Part shown: piece after piece, positions 39,880-50,696 of the stretch | How the letters are laid out: every line of letters starts with the position of its first letter | Position numbering within the stretch: the stretch's first letter is position 1 | Origin: Malacoraja senta | Lineage: Eukaryota | Assembly (NCBI GenBank): GCA_038087875.1 | Contig: CM075990.1 | Location: forward strand, 1,862,001-1,926,000 | Direction: 5' to 3' | DNA: 64,000 bases | Made by a program: the position numbers and the translations under genes | Notes under the pieces: generated by a model | Seen by the model: the letters and a program-made list of their open reading frames with translations, nothing else | Told to the model about the DNA's origin: nothing | The model's database searches: none

Positions 39880-39985
39880 GACAAATGGCGGCCGTGACGT
39901 TCCGTTCCGTTACGTTACGTTACGTACTACACCTCAGCGCGTTGTTTACGTGGGAGTGGAGCCTCCATGATCTCTGTCTGGCGCC
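39880..39985 (+). promoter_or_regulatory. CpG-rich promoter/5' region of TIMM8B-like gene
   Basis: YY1-like CAAATGGCGGC (39882-39892), CRE/ATF-like TGACGT (39895-39900), locally high CpG. Confidence 0.55.
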
Positions 39986-40240
39986 ATGGAGGTTGTGGGG
40001 CCGGCGGTGGAGCAGAGCGACCTGCAGCTGCTGCTGGCGGCCGAGCAACAGAAGGCGCAGCTGCAGCTGAGAGTGCACAGCCTGACGGCCGAGTGCTGGG
40101 ACAAGTGCGTGGAGAAGCCGGGCTCCAGGCTGGACTCGCGGACTGAGAGCTGCCTGGTGAGCTGCGTGGATCGCTTCGTGGACACCACGCTGGCGCTCAC
40201 CAACCGCTTCGCGCAGATGGTGCAGAAGGGAGGCCACTGA
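39986..40240 (+). CDS. TIMM8B: Mitochondrial import inner membrane translocase subunit Tim8 B, single coding exon, 84 aa
   Basis: AAEQQKAQ..VH....CWDKCVEKPGSRLDSRTESCLVSCVDRFVDTTLA.T.RFAQMVQKGG with a twin CX3C motif; Kozak gccATGG; intact. Confidence 0.93.
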   Translation: MEVVGPAVEQSDLQLLLAAEQQKAQLQLRVHSLTAECWDKCVEKPGSRLDSRTESCLVSCVDRFVDTTLALTNRFAQMVQKGGH

Positions 40241-40722
40241 CTGACGGGGCTGTCCCACCGCCGACACGGACGTCCGGAGCCGCCCAGCCGCTCGCTGTCT
40301 GCAACCATCGCTCGGTATAAACCCATCGGATGCCTTGTGCTCCGTCTTAACGTCAATTGAAGGTCATTGCACCAACTGCTGTGTGTTCACAGCGTCTGCA
40401 CATCTTCAGCGGGACTTACTGAATCAATGGAAACCGATTAAAACCCAGGAATTTGTGTTTTAGCAGTACCGTAGCAGCGCTGATCAGTACAAGACTAAAG
40501 TTGCGGCCCGGTGGATGGATGAAGGCCTCGGGACACCAACCCTCAACTTGGGCCATGGGAATCTGCCGCACACCGAGTGGTGACCTGTGATAATGTGAGC
40601 TGCGTTATTACCCCTGAAGCTGCCATGCTCCCCACAGGAACGAGACTTGTGGCTATATTTGTCCATCGGGAAATAACTGTCAGTTTTACCGAGTTTGTAT
40701 GAGTTGTCTGTGCTGCCCCAGT

Positions 40723-40728
40723 AATAAA
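40723..40728 (+). terminator. Probable polyadenylation signal of TIMM8B
   Basis: AATAAA ~480 nt after the stop, just before repeats resume. Confidence 0.6.
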
Positions 40729-41288
40729 CGTTATGCAGAGTTACATGAACTGCAGTTCTTGGTTTACAAAAATTACGAAGTACAGGAGTAACTCAGCGGG
40801 TCAGGCAACATCTGGAGTACATGGATAGGAGACTTCAGACTAATTGTAGTAGGGGTGAATAAGCTGGGGAAACGTTTGGGGTGAGAAAGCCTGGCAGATG
40901 ATAGATGGATACCAGGTGAGAGGGGGAGGGGATAATTGGCAGATGGGTGGACTAAGGCCAGAGATGAGAGGCATAGATAGGGTAGGTAGTCATGCATTTT
41001 TTTCTCCATTGGGAAAAGAAAATCAAATACTAGAGGGCATAGCTTTGTGAGAGGAACAAAGTTTAAAAATATGCAAGGCAAGTTTTTTACACAGAGGGTC
41101 GCGAGTGTCTAGAATGTGCTGCTGGGGATTTAAGAGACATTTCGATTGAACCATTTGCAGTGTATACATGATACGGGAAATATTTGAAATTTAAAAAATG
41201 ATAAGGGAATAACGTTTAGTGCAAGATAGAGCCTGCAAAGTCTGATCAAGGATAGTCCAAGGGTCACCAAAGAGGTAGGTAGTAGTTC

Positions 41289-41488
41289 NNNNNNNNNNNN
41301 NNNNNNNNNNNNNNNNNNNNNNNNNNNNNNNNNNNNNNNNNNNNNNNNNNNNNNNNNNNNNNNNNNNNNNNNNNNNNNNNNNNNNNNNNNNNNNNNNNNN
41401 NNNNNNNNNNNNNNNNNNNNNNNNNNNNNNNNNNNNNNNNNNNNNNNNNNNNNNNNNNNNNNNNNNNNNNNNNNNNNNNNNNNNNNNN
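41289..41488. other. Assembly gap (200 N)
   Basis: Run of N. Confidence 1.
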
Positions 41489-41489
41489 T

Positions 41490-42170
41490 TTTTCAAAATA
41501 CCAAGACATATTTATAACTAGTTTTGTTCAGAATAAAGTCTACAATACAAGATCCAATAATTTGAGTATTGAGAGTTGTCAGAGCCATCGAGATTTCTCT
41601 ATTTGAAGGAATTATAGTTAGATTTAGTCGAGACACAACTTGTTCACTTATAAAAACTTTCTGAACTGCCAGAATCAAGTGGTACATTAAGTGTGCGGCC
41701 AATGATGGATACCGTTGTAGCTGCATGAGACAAGCTCTGAGGAAATGCAGCTGTAATTGCACATAAAGAAGGCGTATACATGGCAGCAGTCACAATTTAG
41801 TAGTTGCTTTGGACTTGCATACTCTAGAATAATGTCCCTTCTTGCCACAACTATTACAAGTTGCCGCTCGAGCAGGGCATCTCTCTCTTATGAATATTAC
41901 CCCCGCAAAAGTAACACTTCCTTTTTGAATAATTATATGCTGCAGCAAGGGCATCATTATCAGTAGAAATTGTTTCAGCTGGCTCCATATTAGTACTTGG
42001 GTGAAATTCTTTTGTAGTAGTTGCAGCAGAATACACATTAGATGAGCCATAAGCATCTGAATTTTCTGAGCCAAATCTAATGGCTAATTGATTGTAAGCT
42101 GACTGTAAATCCAAGGTTTTGTTTTCTAATAGTCTCTGTCGTATTAAAGGCGATGCCAAACTTATTTGAC
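41490..42170 (-). mobile_element. Ty3/Gypsy LTR retrotransposon gag-protease fragment
   Basis: IRQRLLENKTL, two zinc knuckles (CYFCGG..H....C; CNSCGKKGHYSRVC), protease LDSGS. Confidence 0.85.
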
Positions 42171-42799
42171 TTGCACCACAGGAGATTGGCGAGTAAGGTG
42201 GCAAAAAATCTTAGTGCTATGGGGGATCGTTTTGTGCAAATTTAAAAACACAGCGCAAACTGGAAGAGGACAAGATGAGTTATCGTAATTAGATAGACAG
42301 ACAGACAGACAGACACAGGGGCAGACAGATAGATAGACAATAGATTCACAATTGCTGCTCTGATCTTTATATCTTCCGATTTGCGGAAAAAACGGTACGC
42401 GATAGCACTATGATTTTTCGCCAGCTCACCGTTCTCCTGTGCTGCGAGTGCACCAAGTTTCATTCCGATCGGTGGCCTAACGTAAAAGGTGGGGAGGTTT
42501 AAAAATCTTAAAATCTGCATGTGCGCAGATTGATCTGCTCTCCTGCCAGTCCAGCGCCGCGTGGATTAGCCTTTTCTCCTGTCACTCAGCGGGACGGTCC
42601 GCCCCTTCCTGCGCCATCACTTCTTTACTGGAGCTGAGGATGGCCGGCGGAGGTTTTCCAACCGGACACAATTTTCGGAGGGAACGGAAGCCCAGCCCGG
42701 CGCATGCATGGGACATGTCGCCAAAAAGAAAATCTGAACCCGGCGGAGAACGTCCAGCAACCAGCGCCCGCTTTGACTTCCCATCGCACTGTCAGCTCC

Positions 42800-43190
42800 A
42801 TCCCCTTCCCCTCTGGTCGCCTTCGCTTGCTTCTGCCCCCGCCCCCATGAAACCCCTCTCCCTCACACCTCCAAGCTCTCTCCCCGCCCCCACCTTCTCC
42901 CTCCATAGCCCCCCCACACCTCCCCTGCCCCCCACCCCCCACAAGCCCCCCATAGCCCCTCCCCACAGCCCCGCCCACAACCCCCCGCGCACGCAAGCTC
43001 CCTCCACCCACAACCCCCCCGCCCACAATCTCCCTCTCACCACAACCCCCCCTGCCCACACCCCCTCCCCCGCTCACCTGCCTCCCTACCCCTGCCCACA
43101 ACCCCCCTCCGCCCACCCTCACTCCCCCACAAAACACACCCCCCTCCCCCCGCCCACACCCCCCCCCACCGTCACCCACAACCCCCCGCC
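42800..43190. repeat. C-rich low-complexity tract
   Basis: Dense C-runs separated by A/CA spacers. Confidence 0.9.
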
Positions 43191-43379
43191 GTAAATGAAA
43201 AACGTCTCAAATTAAGGATGTTTCATTCTAAATATATTTAATATAAAATAATTATAAATAATTTAAAACACTATCAACATTTATGACAGAAATTGACATT
43301 GTTGCGGGAAATCGACGTGGAGCGCGGGCGGGGTAGAGGTTGGTAGGGTTGTCGAGCGCGGGGTAGCCAACTTCCAGCA

Positions 43380-43493
43380 TCACATCACTGGATCTCCGTG
43401 GATGCGGAACCGGTAGAGGCAGGTGTATTCTGGATGACCCCAGTTGTTATTCACCGTCAGTTCAATTAGTTTAAATGCTGCAGCATCTTTATT
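43380..43493 (-). CDS. SUN-domain protein (SUN1/SUN2-like), terminal exon
   Basis: ttgtag|NKDAAAFKLIELTVNNNWGHPEYTCLYRFRIHGDPVM*; ATTAAA downstream (~43237-43242). Confidence 0.95.
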   Translation of the reverse strand, partial: NKDAAAFKLIELTVNNNWGHPEYTCLYRFRIHGDPVM

Positions 43494-46394
43494 CTACAAA
43501 GCAAAAAAAACATGACGACAGATCAGGGAACCTGTGCTTCAGTATGAAAGTACTGTAGGCAGGAGAGAAGATGGATTAGCTACAAACCAGACTTAAAACA
43601 TCCTGCTGATCATGGATTTCAGGACAGTCTGTTCAATTACATACAGCATTAATAACAAGCATTTTATCATGGAAAAGGTAGATGTTTTACAGAGGTATAA
43701 GAAGAACATGAATCTCAAATTACAGCAGGAAATACTGGGAGCAACAGATTTACTCCATGTAGCATCGTGGATGGGGAGAGAACAAGGTTATTTACACAGG
43801 CTTGCTTTGTGGCAACTGACAAATTTGTGAATAAAGTGGCCATGAAAAATAAACTTCTACTCTAGAAAGATAAAATATTGGAGTAACTCAGTGGGTCAGG
43901 CAGCATTCCTGGACCTGCGTGACCTGCTGAGTTACTGCAACATTTTGCGTATTTCCTTGGTAAACCAGCATCTACTGGTTCTTGTTTCTATAATCTGTAA
44001 TCTGGATTGGTTCAGCAAGTTTGAAACTTGTAGATGCTTCAAGTAGATCAGCCACTGATCCAGCTCTCCTCGGTTTCCCTATCACTGCATCTGAAAACAT
44101 GTTTATCCTTGACCAGATTGAATGAATGGTCAATTTAAAAAAGTATCTTTCACACCTGCTGCCTGACACAAGTATTTCTAGCATTGTGTTTCATTCCTCC
44201 ATCACCTGCAGATTTGCAATTTTCTATTTTTAACGTCATTTGTTCCAGTCAATATTTGTGATAATACGAGTCTGAAGAAGGGTCTCGACTCGAAACGCCT
44301 CCCATTCCTTCTCTCCAAAGATGCTGCCTGACCCACTGAGTTACTCCTGCATTTTGTGTTCATCTTCGGTGTGACGCATCTGCAGCATCAGCATTTCCTT
44401 CTTACACAATGCGCTATTTGCAAATCACAAACTCCTCACATACTTGCCAAACGTATTTAATCTTCAGGGAAAGACACATGTGAGAGAACTTACTGACAGT
44501 CCATCTGATCCCTTGGGTCAGATCTTACAGACAAGACCCATGAGCATTACTGAAGGGGGCTGCAAATCTGTTCAGTTAAGAAGGGATCAGCTGCAAGCAA
44601 GATTGGGGGAAGGGGGTTGGACAAGAATCTACATTAGGGCCTCCATTGTAAGTCTGAGCTGATCAGTGGCGCAGGAACAAGAATGATTGCTGTTAGATCT
44701 TGGGGATCAAGAAGCCAGTACAGAGCCTACCTCAGGTTCTAACCTGTGTTGCATTGTGAAGGTAGAAAGAAATTGTGGTGACCAATACATCCAGAATGAA
44801 GGAGCTCAGGGAAATTAGCATCAGTAAAACAAAAAAGCATTGGAGGAAATAAAGTAACTAAAGATGATAAATCCCCATGGCTGGACAAACTACATCTTAA
44901 TATTTTGAAAGATGGCTATAGCAACAGTGGTTGTCATCTTTCAAAATTCCATAAATTGTAGAGCTTTTCCCACAAAACAGAAGGTAGCAAATTCCAGAAA
45001 GGAGGGAGATTAAAAAAAAAGGAAAGTTACAGATCAATCTGCCTTTTAGAGTTAAGGAAAATAATGCAACCTATTAATACAGAAGTAGTAACATGATGCT
45101 TAAAATATACAGGCTGGGTAGGGTCAAGATTGATTTTCAATGACAAATGTTTGACAAATCCATTCAAGTTTTTTTTAAAGATTTAACTAGCAGGAGTAAG
45201 ATGGTGTGTATTTAGACTTTCAGAAAGTGTCCAACTAAGTCCACTTAATAATTTGGACGAAGCGATCAAAATGTTTCGAAGTTTGCTAACCAAAGCAGGG
45301 TGGCTGTGTGAGTTGAACAGGATTAGGAGAGGCTTCTTTGAATAATGACAGGTTAAGTGAATGAGCAGGGACAAGCAGATGAAATATCATGCAGAAAAAT
45401 GGTTGGAAGAAACACAAAAAAGTATGTTCTTTATGACGCAGTATCCTGGGCATGATCAACTTGGTTGAACGTCTGAGGCAATGCCCCAGAGGAAGAAAGA
45501 ATGACAACACCCTGCAAAGACCAATGCGGAGACCACATCAGATGCACAACAGGGATAATCACAGTAAATACTGCAGTTTCCAGAGTAAAAGGAATTTCAA
45601 GACACTGCATGAAAACAGCACCGTGCCAGAATTTCAAGCTTTAGTTGCCTTCACTGGAGTTCATCCCCATTCACTGACTGGTGGCTCCTGGATCATGTGA
45701 TTGATATTTGCCACCTTGATCTCCATTACTGGAATGAATAAACTTCGCATTCTATAAAGTCTTTGCCTGAAGCAAATATGTTTCATAAATGGACCCAAAA
45801 ACAGATTTTGGGTCCATTTGTTCCCATTATTCTTGTTTTTCCATGAAAATGTATAGAAAATAAAAGGGGATAGGACATGAAAAGTTTTCGAACTTCTTCT
45901 TACCCCTTTTGAACATGAACGATATTATTTGTATTATTTGAGTTACTTATTTGTTTGTTTTCCTTTGTGTTTTATTTTATTTTTTATTGCTTATAAACTT
46001 ATTTGTGTTTTTTTTTTAACACGTTCAATAAATATTTCTAATAAATAATAAAATAAAATAAATAAGTGAGAAAAGGGCATCACGGAGGCACCGCGGTAGA
46101 GTTGCTGCCTTACAACTCCGGGTTCCAGAGTTTGTACATTCTCCCCGTGGGTTTACCGGAAAACACGGGTGAAGTCAGCACCAAAACTCAGAATCACAGT
46201 TCAAACACCAGTGAGCTAACTGTCAAATATTGGCACATGACAGATTTTGGTTAACAGTTACTACATCGCAAAGCCTATTTTTGTAAAAGATAGATAAATA
46301 TTTGAGGCAAAGGAAAATAAAAGCTTGCAGGAAAAGGCCAAGGTTATAGGATTGTTCCAGCAAAGAATCAATGATCCCTTATGCACTTCCATAC

Positions 46395-46487
46395 CTGCAC
46401 CTCAAACGTTTGGATTGGATCCCCTTCCTCATTATACGTATACTGTCCCAACAGGACCCCTTCAGCTTGATTTTCATCATCCAAGCC
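46395..46487 (-). CDS. SUN-domain exon
   Basis: cag|GLDDENQAEGVLLGQYTYNEEGDPIQTFEVQ|gtatg; 93 nt, phase 0-0. Confidence 0.95.
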
Positions 46488-47337
46488 CTGTGAACAAATA
46501 GAAATTAGTAAGCTTTGTACACAGAAAATTACTCTCCAGTCACCCCAACAATTATACCAGCCTGATGAAAGCAGGACTTTCACCCTTGCCTGGAAGAAAG
46601 CTTGGTTGAATATATAAAGTCATTTCATTTCAAACAGAACTAGTAGTTCCCTAAAAGTCAATTGGAAAAATGTCATCACCCCATTTAGCACATGAAGTGA
46701 ATCTGTACACAATCAAACAGAATGAAACGATGTCCTGCATACGTAGCATCAACTCTCATCTGTGGTAGAATCAGTGTGTCCCACCACAGGGGCCTCATCA
46801 GGCACCTCTATACCCACAGAACTAGAGTGGAAGCAGGTCATCCTCAATCCTGAGAGAATACCAGTGAAGAATTGTTCACCCCCCATTCAGGAAAGCATTG
46901 GCATAAAAATTGTCCCTAGTATGTGTAGGGTTGTGTTAGCTTTAATCTCATCTATTGGTTGTAAAGTTGCTTCATCACTAAATGATGCTTTTGTGGTTAG
47001 CAGTGTTGAGGATTGTGCAATAAAGTGACAAAACTCAGTGAAATCAGTGAAAACCCAGAATCACAGTTCAAACACCATTATGAGCAATTTGTGTAGCATG
47101 GAAGATTGAAGATTATATTAGAGGGCCTTCTATTTGAGGGATTATTGTTATGGACTGTGAAATGGAATTTGCTCATTTTTAACGGAATGTTAATGCTATT
47201 GACGTGGATTGTCAGACCACTCGGGACCCTGAACATGGAATCCAATGTCCAAGAAAGCCTTGCCATGTTCAGCAGCATGCTCCAGACAAACACCATGGTT
47301 CACAAACATTCAGTCATATTCTATACATTTCACTCAC

Positions 47338-47505
47338 ATAAACAGAGAAGTCTTGAGGGGCACTTCCAATTGATCCACGCGGAGAAATGGATCTTAGAAT
47401 GTGCTCCAGGGAAAAGGCTGTAGGCCTGATCCAGACAGCAAGCTCGATGACACCAAAGCCTTGGGAGCCTTTAAATGGCCAACAGTTCCCAGGATTAACC
47501 TCCGG
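47338..47505 (-). CDS. SUN-domain exon
   Basis: cag|PEVNPGNCWPFKGSQG...LEHI...SAPQDFSVY|gtgag; 168 nt, phase 0-0. Confidence 0.95.
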
Positions 47506-47547
47506 CTGCAAGAAAGAACACAAACAAAAATATTAGGAAGGATTCTC

Positions 47548-47819
47548 AGTTTAGTTTAGAGATTCAGTGCGGAAACAGGAAATATTAACACTATCCTATG
47601 CACACTCGGGATAATTTTTTAAATATTTACCAAGCCAATTAACCTACAAACCTGTACGTCTTTGGAGAATGGGAGGAAACCGAAGAACTAGGAGAAAATC
47701 CACGCAGGTCACGGGGAGAACGTACAAACTCCGTACAGACAGCACCCATAGTTGGGATCGAACCGGGTTCTCTGGCGCTGCAAGTGCTGTAAGGCAACAA
47801 CTCTACCACTGTGCCGCCC
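47548..47819 (-). mobile_element. HE1-type V-SINE
   Basis: tRNA-derived head (GGTGGTAGAG / GGTTCGATCC), V-domain, (TAAAC)n tail. Confidence 0.88.
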
Positions 47820-49626
47820 ACAATTCTCTACCCACAATTCTCCCCCTTTCTTTCAACAGAACACTGATTCTTCCTAAAGGGACAGCAAAGATTTAGATTT
47901 TTGGACATGATCCACGTGAGGATACAAAGTTACTTACAGAATAATGAAAGGCATAGAGTGGATGTGGAAAAGACGTTTCCACTGGTGGGAGAGTCTAGGA
48001 CCAGAGGTCATAGCCTCAGAATTAAAGGGTGCGCCTTTAGAAAGGAGGTGAGGGGGAACTTCATTGCCACAGAGGGCTGTGGAGTCCAAGTCAGTGGATA
48101 TTTTTAAAGCAGAGATGGACAAATTCTTGATTAGAACAGGTTATTTTGGGAACAGGGATGGGTTGTTGGGGTGGAGGTTGCTATGGCAGGAATCTGCAGT
48201 CTCTATCCCTCTATGATTTCTGCCAATTTACCTCAACCCTGCACAATGAGAAATCACGCTACAATTTTCCAGCAGAGCCCATTGCTGCTTTTGGTTCATG
48301 ATGTGACAATTATTAAGTTAATACAGAGAACAGGAGTTACTGAGACATTTTTAACACCTTGTCCCCAAGACAGATACTCTCACACCGTTTACAAAGTATC
48401 AGGACAAGTACCTGAATCAGCAGGACCTCCGTCTCGGGCAGTGTGATCAAATGCAACCCAAAATATGCTTTCTCCGATTTCCTCTAAATCTTTCTTTGCT
48501 TAAAAACCTATACCCTCTGGATTTAGGCACCTCTGTAAGCTACAGGCAAATGCTGGCAAATGGGATTAGTTGTACGGGTACTTGATGGTTGACATGGACC
48601 TGTTGGGCACAAAGGGCCTGTTTCTGTGCTATATGACTCCATAAGTGGATTTTTAAAACCTCAACTCAATTGAAGATTTGACAAACACACTGGCAATCTA
48701 CATTCAGGTGAGAGGAATGGGGAGCATAAAGCATCGTAGTTTGGTTAAAGCAGATGGAAGGAGCCCACTTTTCCTTCAGGAAGGATATTTTTGCTATGGA
48801 GGGATCACATCAAAAGTGCAGCAGATTAACTATAGGGATGGCAGGGCTGACGTCTGAAGAGCAATCTGGTCAATATTCACTGGAGTTTGGAAGGAATGAT
48901 AATTTTATAGAAACCTACAAAATTTAGAAGTTCTAACAGGACTGGAAAGATCAGAGGTAAGATGTTCCTGATGCTGGGGAGTTTCGGGACCAGTTTCACA
49001 GTGCAAGGATAGGGCGAGGTCATGTAGAACTCAGAGGGGGAGAAATCTCTTCATCCAGAGTGGTGAACTACCACCTCCAGTTTAAATTCCATTTGGAATA
49101 TTTTGGAGGACCAAGAAACCAAGAATTCTCTATCATGGAATGCAATTGAAATCAGATCGTTGAATATACTCATGTGTTAAATACTGTTCTTGTAGCTAGA
49201 GGGACCAAGAGGTATGGGGAGAAATGTATGGGGAGTCCCCCAACTATGGGATCAATTTGGATGATCAGCCATGATCACACTGAGGGGTTGAGTGGGCTTG
49301 AAGGGCCACATTGCTTACTCCTGTTCATAATTTCTATGTTTCTATTCCATATCCCACAACTGTGGTACTGATCAAGCACGCATGATGGGCCAATACATGA
49401 TTTTTTTCGACATATATATCTTCTGACTGGGAAGAACTGTTATGCAGACAGAGTATGTTTCAAATAAACCTGGGGAAAGCAGAAGACACACACTAGTTGT
49501 GGTGCCCCAGCAGCAAATCTTGAAGTTGTGGACCTATAGCGTCCCTGTACCTTTCTGCCTCTAGGAGAGGATTCGAAGGTCACTGCTTTCAAGACAGAAG
49601 GGAGCAGCAGTACAAGGATTATATAC

Positions 49627-49739
49627 CTGAATGACAGCTCTGGGTGAGTGAGATTGGTACCACAGTGAAATGCCAAACAGACTAAGAATAGTCTTGGTCT
49701 CTAACGTCTCTGTGCAGCGCGTGTGGATCACAGTGCCAC
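49627..49739 (-). CDS. SUN-domain exon (KASH-lid region)
   Basis: tag|(G)GTVIHTRCTETLETKTILSLFGISLWYQSHSPRAVIQ|gtata; 113 nt, phase 1-0. Confidence 0.93.
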
Positions 49740-50049
49740 CTAACAAGAGAAAAAATAATCATCATCATATCACTGAATGGACAAAGTTAATCATGAATCC
49801 TTCAAGAAATATGCAGCTTTGCAGAGAACTGCAAAACTCTGGCAGAGGGATTGGAAAGTTTTGGCTTGAGTGCTGACCACTAAGAAGAATTTTCCAAATT
49901 GTCCAAGAACTCAACACATCCAGCACAACTGCAGAAATAATTTAATGTTACAATTGCAATTGTTTAAGTAAACTTGAAAGCTAATTTTCATACAATGTCC
50001 AACAGGTTGGAGCACAGAATCCATCTGAAACTTTAAATGTACAGCTGAA

Positions 50050-50068
50050 TGGCCACCAGGTGGCAGTG
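50050..50068 (+). promoter_or_regulatory. CTCF-like motif
   Basis: TGGCCACCAGGTGGCAGTG resembles the CTCF core consensus. Confidence 0.5.
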
Positions 50069-50313
50069 TTTGATAAGTATCCTCCCAAATCTTAACCATT
50101 TACTTGCTCTCATAATTTTTCCATTCAATACAACTATAATAAACAAGGAGCTATTTTTGCAAAAAAATAAGTACAATGAGAAAGATTCTGTAACATAATT
50201 CTGTAACATAAAATGTAACATAAAAAAACAGCTGACCAAGGTATAAAAATATTGTTATTTGTGGGCAGTTAGCTAGGAACATGTGCAACAAATGACTGTT
50301 GTCTGCATAGGTT

Positions 50314-50497
50314 ATAGAAACATAGAAAATAGGTGCAGGAGTAGGCCATTCAGCCCTTCGAGCCTGCACCGCCATTTGATATGATCATGGCTGATCATCC
50401 AACTCAGTATCCCATCCCTGCCTTCTCTCCATACCCCCTGATCCCTTTAGCCACAAGGGCCACATCTAACTCCCTCTTAAATATAGCCAATGAACTG
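50314..50497 (-). mobile_element. CR1 (HER1-like) 3' tail abutting a SUN exon
   Basis: Near-identical to 54580-54759; no TSD. Confidence 0.92.
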
Positions 50498-50696
50498 CTC
50501 TGACAGCTGCCGAGTGTGCCTCCATTGCCAGACCAGGATATAGTGAAGCATCTGAGCGGATCTTCTTCTCCAAGCCAGCAAGGAGGGCCATGAGTTCCTG
50601 GCGATGCACCAGCTGTGCTGTCAGTGGTTCCCCTGTGCTGTCTTGTGATGAACCGAAGAGCAGCTTGTGGACAAGTGGGAGCAACGCCGTCTCCTT
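50498..50696 (-). pseudogene. SUN gene coiled-coil exon, 3'-truncated
   Basis: tttag|KETALLPLVHKLLFGSSQ...LVHRQELMALLAGLEKKIRS...SAAVR then runs into CR1 with no donor. Confidence 0.75.

Noticed and set aside
39920..40356. Antisense ORFs over TIMM8B
   Set aside because: Expected shadow ORFs of a GC3-rich CDS.
42625..43194. 184-aa Gly-rich and Pro-rich ORFs on both strands
   Set aside because: By-product of a C-rich low-complexity tract lacking stops; no domain or splice context.
40240..43380. TIMM8B-SUN tail-to-tail synteny
   Set aside because: A 200-N scaffold gap lies between them, so distance and adjacency are unverified.
45286..45770. Possible extra SUN exon(s) with acceptor-like sites
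   Set aside because: Flanking SUN exons already join in frame with a complete domain, and the translations show no homology.
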